Shown: positions 28,547 through 35,964 of the stretch, one piece after another
Numbering within the stretch: the stretch's first letter is position 1
How the letters are laid out: the number at the start of each line of letters is the position of its first letter
From: Flavobacteriales bacterium
GTDB lineage: Bacteria; Bacteroidota; Bacteroidia; Flavobacteriales; Flavobacteriaceae
NCBI GenBank assembly: GCA_027312065.1
Contig: DAICXR010000004.1
Coordinates: 15,756-79,755 of the forward strand
Length of the DNA stretch: 64,000 nt
Direction: 5' to 3'
Translations under genes and position numbers: made by a program
Notes under the pieces: generated by a model
Told to the model about the DNA's origin: nothing
Database searches by the model: none
The model's input: only the letters and a program-made list of their open reading frames with translations

Positions 28547-29107
28547 ATGAAAGTCTATATCAAAAATATGGTTTGCAGTCGTTGCGAAATGGCAGTGAGA
28601 ACAGTATTCGAAAAAATGGAAATTCCAATCCTTTCGATGCAATTAGGAGAAGTTGAGATTTCTGAAAATTTGGACGAAAACCAAAAACAATTGCTCTCTG
28701 AAAACCTAAAAGCACTGGGTTTTGAATTATTGGATGATAAAATAAGTAAGACCATTGAGCGAATAAAAAACTTAATTATTGATGTGGTTCATTATCAAAA
28801 TGAAAAACTCAAAATCAATTTGTCCAGTTATATCGTTGAAGATTTAAAACAAGACTATAGTGCTTTGAGTAATTTGTTTTCAGAAACGGAAGGAATTACA
28901 ATCGAGCATTATTTTATTGCTCAAAAAATAGAAAAAGTAAAAGAATTATTGATTTACAACGAACTTAGTTTGAGTGAGATTGCTTTTCAGTTGAATTACA
29001 GTAGCGTGGCACATTTGAGCAATCAATTTAAAAAGACTACAGGAATAACACCTACACAATTCAAACAGCTAAAAGACAAAAAAAGAAAGCAAATAGACGA
29101 GTTATAA
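28547..29107 (+). CDS. AraC-family transcriptional regulator with an N-terminal HMA-like CxxC domain
   Basis: 186 aa. N-terminus MKVYIKNMVCSRCEMAVRTVFEKM. The C-terminal HTH_18 domain has LSLSEIAFQLNYSSVAHLSNQFKKTTGITPTQF. Confidence 0.85.
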   Translation: MKVYIKNMVCSRCEMAVRTVFEKMEIPILSMQLGEVEISENLDENQKQLLSENLKALGFELLDDKISKTIERIKNLIIDVVHYQNEKLKINLSSYIVEDLKQDYSALSNLFSETEGITIEHYFIAQKIEKVKELLIYNELSLSEIAFQLNYSSVAHLSNQFKKTTGITPTQFKQLKDKKRKQIDEL

Positions 29108-29249
29108 ATGATGCAAATCGTTTCCATAATTGTGTAATCTAATGGGCTATTTTATTTCGAAATTTGAACTATAAATAATTATCATTTAGATTTATCAATT
29201 TCAAGTTTGCTTGTCCTTAGCTTTCGCAGTCGAGTGTCAAATGTTTGAA

Positions 29250-29306
29250 GAATGCGTAAAAAGAAAAGCTGTTTGAGCGTTAGCGAGTTCTTTTCTTTTA
29301 GCATTC
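29250..29306 (+). promoter_or_regulatory. Strong hairpin H1 in the 312-bp regulator-copA spacer
   Basis: GAATGCGTAAAAAGAAAAG - 21 nt loop - CTTTTCTTTTAGCATTC. Confidence 0.5.
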
Positions 29307-29351
29307 GAAAACTAATTTGACCGACGAAAAAGTGTAAGACTTGATTTTTTT

Positions 29352-29382
29352 GTTTCTTTTTTGATCAAGCAAAAAAGAAAAC
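29352..29382 (+). promoter_or_regulatory. Hairpin H2 in the copA leader
   Basis: GTTTCTTTTTTG-atcaag-CAAAAAAGAAAAC, 38 nt upstream of the copA ATG. Confidence 0.5.
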
Positions 29383-29419
29383 TAGAGTAAGCAATCTAAA
29401 TGGTGTAAAAATTTTAAAA

Positions 29420-31807
29420 ATGAAATATACCTACATTATAAATGGAATGCATTGTAATTCTTGTAGAATAAAAGTTGAAGATGCACTTAATAGCATTGAA
29501 GGAGTAGAAGCTGAGGTAACCTTAAATCCACCAACAGCTGTAATTTCGATGCAAAAACCAATTCAAACTACGCAATTTCAGGAAGTAATTGCGGCGGCTG
29601 GAAATTATACGATAAAGGTTTTTAATCCCAATGATTTAAAATTAAAAGTAACTGAAACAGTTGCTCCAACACCGCCGCCAAATGCAGTTGGGAAATACTA
29701 TTGTCCGATGTTTTGCGAAGGTGATAAAGTCTATGATGAGCCAGGAAGTTGTCCTGTTTGCGGAATGGATTTGGTTACAATCGAAGCTACTGGAGAAGAA
29801 GAAAACAAAAGCTATCTGGATTTAGTACACAAAATGAAAATAGCATTGCTGTTTACCATTCCTATTTTTATTATTTCGATGTCAGATATGATTCCTAATA
29901 ATCCATTACTTCAGGTTTTGGATTATTCCAGTTGGAATTGGGTACAATTTATTTTGTCACTTCCTGTGGTTTTTTACGCTTGTTGGATCTTTTTTCAACG
30001 TGCCTGGAAATCCATAATTACCTGGAATCTGAATATGTTTACGCTTATTGGAATTGGTTCTGGAGTAGCTTTCGTATTCAGTTTAGTGGGATTATTTTTT
30101 CCAGAAATCTTTCCGCATGAATTTAAAAATCATTCGGGGCATGTAGGCTTGTATTTTGAAGCGACTACCGTTATTTTGACCTTGGTTTTGTTGGGACAGT
30201 TATTAGAAGCCAGAGCGCACAATCAAACCAGCGGTGCGATTAAAGAATTATTAAAATTAGCACCTACAGAAGCTGTTTTGGTAGAAAACGGAATGGATAC
30301 CGTTATTTCAATTCAGGATATAAAAAAAGGCGATTTGTTGCGTGTAAAACCAGGCGATAAAGTTCCGGTAGACGGAAAAATTACCGAAGGAGAAAGTACC
30401 ATTGATGAGTCGATGATTTCTGGAGAACCGATTCCAGTGGATAAAAAAATAAATGATTCGGTAGTTGCAGGAACTATAAACGGTACTAAATCGTTTGTGA
30501 TGGTAGCTGAAAAAGTAGGTTCGGAAACTTTGCTTTCGCAAATCATCCAAATGGTGAATGATGCCAGTCGTTCCAAAGCGCCTATTCAAAAACTAGCCGA
30601 TAGTATTTCGAAATATTTTGTGCCAATTGTAGTTGGGGTAGCTGCAATTACATTCTTTATTTGGGCAAAATTTGGTCCCGAAGAAAACGCTTTAATCTAT
30701 GGTTTTATCAATGCCGTGGCAGTTTTGATAATTGCCTGTCCTTGTGCTTTGGGATTAGCAACGCCCATGTCGGTTATGGTGGGTGTGGGCAAAGGTGCAC
30801 AATCTGGAGTGTTGATAAAAAATGCGGAAGCTTTAGAAAAAATGGATAAGGTAAATGTTTTAATTACCGATAAAACAGGGACAATTACTGAAGGAATGCC
30901 TTCGGTAGAAAAAGTTTTTTCGTCTACTAATCAAGAGGATGATTTGTTGCAAAACATTGCTTCACTCAATCAGTATAGTGAGCATCCTTTGGCACAAGCC
31001 GTAGTAAATTTTGCGAAAGCGAAAAACACCACTTTATTAGAAGTAAAAGATTTTGAATCGATTACTGGAAAAGGAGTTTTGGGAACGGTAGCTCATAAAA
31101 AAGTGGCTTTGGGAAATAAAAAATTAATGGAAGAAGTGAAAGCTATAGTTTCGGACGCATTGGAAAACCAAATTATTGCAGAACAAAAACTTGGTAAAAC
31201 AGTTTCTTATATTGCTGTGAATGGAACTGCTGTGGGATTTGTAACGATCACTGATGCAATAAAAGAAAGTAGTTCAGTTGCAATTAAAACCTTGATGAAT
31301 CAGGGAATTGAAGTGATAATGCTTACTGGAGATAATAAAAACACAGCTCAGGCGGTGGCAGATCAATTGCATTTGACTTCATTTCAGGCAGGTTGTTTGC
31401 CAGAAGACAAACTTAAATTTATTCAGAAATTGCAAGCTGAAGGTAAGATTGTGGCGATGGCGGGAGACGGAATTAACGATGCACCGGCTTTGGCGCAAGC
31501 CGATATCGGGATTGCAATGGGAACGGGTACCGATGTAGCGATTGAAAGTGCCAAGATTACTTTGGTTAAAGGCGATTTGCAAGGAATTGTAAAAGCCAAA
31601 CAACTGAGTCATGCGGTGATGAAAAACATTCGTCAGAATTTATTTTTTGCATTTTTTTATAATGTGCTGGGAATTCCTATTGCTGCTGGGATTTTATATC
31701 CGTTTTTCGGGATTTTGCTTTCGCCAATGATTGCTGCTCTGGCAATGAGTTTTAGTTCAGTTTCAGTAATTGCGAATGCGTTGCGATTAAGAACTTTAAA
31801 ATTTTAG
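29420..31807 (+). CDS. copA: Copper-translocating P1B-type ATPase
   Basis: 795 aa. N-terminal HMA motif GMHCNSCRIKVE plus a second Cys4 module YYCPMFCEG...CPVCGMDL. Core motifs: TM CPC (ACPCALGLATP), DKTGTIT, SEHPLA and GDGINDAP. Confidence 0.95.
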   Translation: MKYTYIINGMHCNSCRIKVEDALNSIEGVEAEVTLNPPTAVISMQKPIQTTQFQEVIAAAGNYTIKVFNPNDLKLKVTETVAPTPPPNAVGKYYCPMFCEGDKVYDEPGSCPVCGMDLVTIEATGEEENKSYLDLVHKMKIALLFTIPIFIISMSDMIPNNPLLQVLDYSSWNWVQFILSLPVVFYACWIFFQRAWKSIITWNLNMFTLIGIGSGVAFVFSLVGLFFPEIFPHEFKNHSGHVGLYFEATTVILTLVLLGQLLEARAHNQTSGAIKELLKLAPTEAVLVENGMDTVISIQDIKKGDLLRVKPGDKVPVDGKITEGESTIDESMISGEPIPVDKKINDSVVAGTINGTKSFVMVAEKVGSETLLSQIIQMVNDASRSKAPIQKLADSISKYFVPIVVGVAAITFFIWAKFGPEENALIYGFINAVAVLIIACPCALGLATPMSVMVGVGKGAQSGVLIKNAEALEKMDKVNVLITDKTGTITEGMPSVEKVFSSTNQEDDLLQNIASLNQYSEHPLAQAVVNFAKAKNTTLLEVKDFESITGKGVLGTVAHKKVALGNKKLMEEVKAIVSDALENQIIAEQKLGKTVSYIAVNGTAVGFVTITDAIKESSSVAIKTLMNQGIEVIMLTGDNKNTAQAVADQLHLTSFQAGCLPEDKLKFIQKLQAEGKIVAMAGDGINDAPALAQADIGIAMGTGTDVAIESAKITLVKGDLQGIVKAKQLSHAVMKNIRQNLFFAFFYNVLGIPIAAGILYPFFGILLSPMIAALAMSFSSVSVIANALRLRTLKF

Positions 31808-31812
31808 AAATC

Positions 31813-32088
31813 ATGGATAAGATATTATACCTACTTTGTTTTTTTGCTATTGGTCAGTTTGTAAATGCTCAAGAAAAAAAATTAGCTCAAGATTTTTATT
31901 ATACATGTGTTATGCATCCTGAAATTCACGAAGCAAAACCCGGAGATTGTCCTAAATGTGGAATGGCATTGGTGAAAGTAAAAGCTAAGAAAGCTAAAAA
32001 AGAAGCCGTTAAAAAAGATATCCCGGTAAAGTCAGTTTCTAAAAATCCTGTAAAGATTAAAAAAGAAGTTGAGGTGTCTAAGAGTTAA
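31813..32088 (+). CDS. Signal peptide plus Cys/His heavy-metal-binding module (YTCVMHPE...CPKCGM) plus Lys-rich linker; probably the detached N-terminus of the downstream oxidase
   Basis: 91 aa with signal peptide LLCFFAIGQFVNAQ. The TAA at 32086-32088 is in frame with ORF 32107-34332. Confidence 0.7.
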   Translation: MDKILYLLCFFAIGQFVNAQEKKLAQDFYYTCVMHPEIHEAKPGDCPKCGMALVKVKAKKAKKEAVKKDIPVKSVSKNPVKIKKEVEVSKS

Positions 32089-32106
32089 CCAACCAAACCA
32101 GCTGAT

Positions 32107-34332
32107 TTGCCAAAAGAAAGCACCGTTGTAGAAAAGAAAGTTTTACCAAAAACTATTTCGAAAAAGGTACGCTATGATTTGTTTGTACGTGACACAATGG
32201 TAATTTTTGCTGGAAAATCTAAACATGCCATTGCTGTAAACGGTCAAATTCCAATGCCAACACTAACTTTTACCGAAGGAGATACCGCTGAGATTTATGT
32301 GCATAACAAATTAAAAACAAGCACTTCTTTGCATTGGCACGGCATATTTTTGCCTAATAAAGAAGATGGTGTTCCTTATTTGACTCAGATGCCTATTGAA
32401 CCTGGAACGACGCATAAATATACTTTTCCAATAATTCAAAATGGAACGCATTGGTATCATAGCCATTCTGGAATGCAGGAACAAATAGGGATGTATGGTT
32501 TGTTGATTTTAAAGAAAAAGCCTGAAGATAAAACATTTAGAAAAGGTATTGATGATATTCCACAAGTTCCTATTATTTTGAGCGAATGGGCCAATTACAA
32601 GCCTGATAATGTTCACAGAATGTTACACAATGCTACGGATTGGTTTGCTATAAAAAAAGAAACTACTCAAAGCTATGCAGAAGCAATAAAAGAAGGACAT
32701 TTTAAAACCAAATTAACCAACGAATGGAAGCGAATGTTGGCTATGGATGTGAGCGATGTATATTATGATAAATTCTTAATCAATGGTCAGAATGAAAGTC
32801 AGTTGTCTCAATTTAAAGCGGGAGATAAAGTGCGTTTGCGAATTTCAAATGCAGGAGCATCGTCTTATTTTTGGTTGACCTATGCAGGTGGAAAAATGAC
32901 TGTAGTGGCTAATGACGGAAATGATGTGGAGTCTGTTGAAGTTGACCGATTGATTATTGCTGTGTCTGAAACCTATGATGTTATAGTAACGATTCCGGAG
33001 AAAAATAGTTCCTATGCTTTTTTAGCAACGCCAGAAGACAGGACACAATCGACTTCCATTTACATTGGAGAAGGTGTTAAGAAAGCCGCACATCCTTTGC
33101 CTAAATTAAAATATTTTGAAGGCATGAAAATGATGAACGAAATGATGAATATGGACGGTAGTATGAATGATATGGGTATGAAAATGAGTCTGCAAAAAAT
33201 GGATATGAATTCCGTAATGTATCCAGAATCCTCCCCCAGCTCGTCCAAAGCAGGGGAGGAAATGAGTGAAAATAAAATAGATCATTCAGCTCACGTAATG
33301 GATTCTAAAAAATCGGATATTATTACTTTGAATTATTCGATGTTGAAATCGACTGTAAAAACTACACTTTCTGTGGATGCTCCTGTTCGTGAATTGCGTT
33401 TTGAATTGACAGGAAATATGAATCGTTATGTGTGGAGTATGGATAATAAAGTGCTTTCAGAAACGGATAAAATTTTAATTAAAAGAGGAGAAATTGTTCG
33501 GATTACGTTATACAATAATTCGATGATGCGTCACCCAATGCATTTACACGGTCATGATTTTAGAGTGCTGAACGGTCAGGGTGATTACGCTCCTTTGAAG
33601 AACGTTTTAGATATTATGCCAATGGAAACTGATGTCATAGAGTTTGAAGCAAATGCAGATGGTGATTGGTTTTTTCATTGTCATATTTTGTATCACATGA
33701 TGGCGGGAATGAACCGGGTTTTTAGTTATGAAAATTCAGCAGAAAATCCTCTTTTGCCTAATAAAGAAGCAGCGTATAAGAAATTGCAAGCCGAAAGTAA
33801 TATGTCGCATTTTATGGCAGAAAATGATTTTGCTACCAATGGAAATGATGGTATGGCGATGTTGCAAAATGCAAGATGGAGTTTTGGAACCGAATGGCGA
33901 TTGGGGTATAAGGATCATCATGGTTATGAATCCGAAACTCATATTGGAAGGTATATCGGGAGAAATCAATGGTTGATGCCTTTCATTGGTTTTGATGCGC
34001 GTTACCGAAAATTAGAGCATGGAGAAATGGAAGAGAATTTATTTGGACAAAGAAGTACCAAAGACAAACGACTGCAGTTTAGTTTAGGTGTGAACTATAC
34101 GTTGCCACTTTTGGTTGTTGCACAAGCAGAAGTGTATCATGACGGAAATGTGCGTTTGCAATTAATGCGTGAAGATATTCCTGTTTCAAAACATCTGCGA
34201 ATGGCTTTTATGGTCAATACCGATAAAGAATATATGGCAGGATTTAAATATATTGTGGGCAAAAACATGGGAATTACAACACATTATGATAGTGATATGG
34301 GAGTAGGTTTTGGGTTGAATTTTAATTATTAA
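32107..34332 (+). CDS. Multicopper oxidase (CopA/PcoA-like) with a Met-rich insert and a C-terminal CopB-like beta-barrel extension
   Basis: Cu-site motifs HWHGIF, WYHSHSG, HPMHLHGHDF and HCHILYHMMAGM. Met-rich region at 33121-33225. A 200-aa tail ends GVGFGLNFNY. The putative TTG start has no signal peptide. Confidence 0.85.
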   Translation: MPKESTVVEKKVLPKTISKKVRYDLFVRDTMVIFAGKSKHAIAVNGQIPMPTLTFTEGDTAEIYVHNKLKTSTSLHWHGIFLPNKEDGVPYLTQMPIEPGTTHKYTFPIIQNGTHWYHSHSGMQEQIGMYGLLILKKKPEDKTFRKGIDDIPQVPIILSEWANYKPDNVHRMLHNATDWFAIKKETTQSYAEAIKEGHFKTKLTNEWKRMLAMDVSDVYYDKFLINGQNESQLSQFKAGDKVRLRISNAGASSYFWLTYAGGKMTVVANDGNDVESVEVDRLIIAVSETYDVIVTIPEKNSSYAFLATPEDRTQSTSIYIGEGVKKAAHPLPKLKYFEGMKMMNEMMNMDGSMNDMGMKMSLQKMDMNSVMYPESSPSSSKAGEEMSENKIDHSAHVMDSKKSDIITLNYSMLKSTVKTTLSVDAPVRELRFELTGNMNRYVWSMDNKVLSETDKILIKRGEIVRITLYNNSMMRHPMHLHGHDFRVLNGQGDYAPLKNVLDIMPMETDVIEFEANADGDWFFHCHILYHMMAGMNRVFSYENSAENPLLPNKEAAYKKLQAESNMSHFMAENDFATNGNDGMAMLQNARWSFGTEWRLGYKDHHGYESETHIGRYIGRNQWLMPFIGFDARYRKLEHGEMEENLFGQRSTKDKRLQFSLGVNYTLPLLVVAQAEVYHDGNVRLQLMREDIPVSKHLRMAFMVNTDKEYMAGFKYIVGKNMGITTHYDSDMGVGFGLNFNY

Positions 34333-34378
34333 AAGAGTCTTTGTTTGTATTTTGTATTTTTGATGAAAAATAAATAAG

Positions 34379-35197
34379 ATGTTACAGCTTTCAGAAATTT
34401 GGATTTATCCTGTAAAATCATTGGGCGGAATTGCGCTACAGCATTCTAAAGTAACCGACAGAGGTCTGGAACACGACCGAAGATGGTTGCTGGTAGATGA
34501 AAATGACTGTTTTATTACTCAAAGAGAACATCCGAAACTGGCACTTTTTCAACCAGAAATTGCGGGTGATTTTCTAAAAATTTCTCATAAAGATGTTCAG
34601 GAATCTGTTGCGGTTTCGTTATTTCCTGTTTTACCAGAAACGACAACTAAAATTAAAGTAACGGTTTGGGAAGATGTTGTTGCGGCTTTTGAAGTAAGTC
34701 CGGAAGTATCGGATTGGTTCAGCAGTATTTTAGGTTTCAACGTTCGATTGGTTTATATGCCCGATGAAAGTCTGCGAAAAGTAGATCCCGATTATGCAGT
34801 TAGTCCAAACAATGTAACCTCATTTTCGGATGGATTTCCTTTTTTAATTATTGGTCAGTCTTCATTGGATGATTTGAATTCCCGAATGGCTAAAGCGGTT
34901 TCGATACGTCGCTTCCGACCAAATTTTGTTTTTAGTGGAGGAAAAGCTTATGAAGAAGAAAGATGGGAAGAATTTACCATCGGTACACTTTCTTTTTACG
35001 GAGTAAAACCTTCTGGACGATGTGTTATGATTACTGTAGATCCTGAAAGTGGAACCATTTCAGGTAAAGATCCTTTGCTTACATTGTCAAAGTACAAAAC
35101 AAAAGGAAATAAAGTGATTTTTGGGCAAAATGTAATTGCCCAACAACAGGGAAGTATTGGAGTTAATGATGTGGTAAAGGTTCAAAAAAGGATTTAA
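34379..35197 (+). CDS. MOSC domain-containing protein (MOSC_N beta-barrel plus MOSC)
   Basis: 272 aa with IWIYPVKSLGG, DRRW and the conserved Cys in PSGRCVMITVDPESG. Confidence 0.85.
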   Translation: MLQLSEIWIYPVKSLGGIALQHSKVTDRGLEHDRRWLLVDENDCFITQREHPKLALFQPEIAGDFLKISHKDVQESVAVSLFPVLPETTTKIKVTVWEDVVAAFEVSPEVSDWFSSILGFNVRLVYMPDESLRKVDPDYAVSPNNVTSFSDGFPFLIIGQSSLDDLNSRMAKAVSIRRFRPNFVFSGGKAYEEERWEEFTIGTLSFYGVKPSGRCVMITVDPESGTISGKDPLLTLSKYKTKGNKVIFGQNVIAQQQGSIGVNDVVKVQKRI

Positions 35198-35226
35198 TTT
35201 TTTTGAGTAAACTTCGATTTTAGTTT

Positions 35227-35925
35227 TTAAAAAACGGAAATAAGAAAATCCCATTTGTTCCATAAATCGATATTATGACCATTGTTTTTTGCAGCGATGT
35301 AAGTAACAGTGTTTTTGAGAATAGACATTATTTCTGCTGTTACGAGGTCATAATCTTCTTTACTGGATGCGGGTTTAAATATGTTGCCAGTAATAAATTC
35401 ATTGTGTTTGTTTATACTAATAGAAAGAAAATTTCTTCCGCTAGCTTTTTCTTTTAAGATTTTTGATTTGTTAAATGCTTTGTTAATAGCTGAAATATAT
35501 ACAGGATTTAAATTGTTGTTTTTGATTAATGGATATTCTTTGTCTTTATATATGAATTTAGGTTTTTCTTCTACTTCTTCGAAGGAGTATTTGTTTTCGC
35601 CTCTGAAATTAGGGCAATATTCAGCAAGATACTTAACAACTTTCATGTCGTTTAATGAATAGATTTTATAGAAATGCTCGCAGGCATTGTCCATCTCTCC
35701 TAATTTTAGTTCTGTTGCGGCAAGATTATATAAATACACATGATTCCATGAAACGGAGTCGGTTACTTTGGTGTAGATTTCTTTTGCTAAAACAAAATTA
35801 TTTTCTGAATATGCTTTTTCCCCTTCGGCTAATAATTTATTTAAATTAGCGTAATTTGTTTTCGTGGTTTGTGAAATCCCAATTTGACTTAAAAAAAGGA
35901 ATAGTAATAGAAAAGGTAGTTTCAT
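35227..35925 (-). CDS. Hypothetical secreted protein (TPR-like N-terminal part)
   Basis: 232 aa with signal peptide LLLFLFLSQIGISQ. I recognise no diagnostic motif. Confidence 0.45.
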   Translation of the reverse strand: MKLPFLLLFLFLSQIGISQTTKTNYANLNKLLAEGEKAYSENNFVLAKEIYTKVTDSVSWNHVYLYNLAATELKLGEMDNACEHFYKIYSLNDMKVVKYLAEYCPNFRGENKYSFEEVEEKPKFIYKDKEYPLIKNNNLNPVYISAINKAFNKSKILKEKASGRNFLSISINKHNEFITGNIFKPASSKEDYDLVTAEIMSILKNTVTYIAAKNNGHNIDLWNKWDFLISVF

Positions 35926-35964
35926 AGTTGTTTTTGGTTTTTAGATTTGTATAATAAACAAATT

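Noticed and set aside
29183-29402. Calling the copA-upstream element a MITE on the basis of its 10-bp terminal inverted repeat.
   Set aside because: A 10-bp inverted repeat in AT-rich DNA can arise by chance, and no second copy exists in this window. I kept it as a finding to test, not as a mobile_element feature.
25588-32088. Programmed TAA read-through or stop-codon reassignment as the explanation for the two in-frame stops.
   Set aside because: TAA is the ordinary terminator of many well-defined genes in this window (e.g. the adaptor gene at 1387-1389, clpP, clpX). Genome-wide reassignment is therefore excluded. A nonsense mutation or base-call error is the simpler explanation, though local leaky termination remains untested.
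25457-34332. Calling the copper island a mobile genomic island.
   Set aside because: I see no integrase, transposase, conjugation genes, adjacent tRNA or flanking direct repeats. I could not compute composition.
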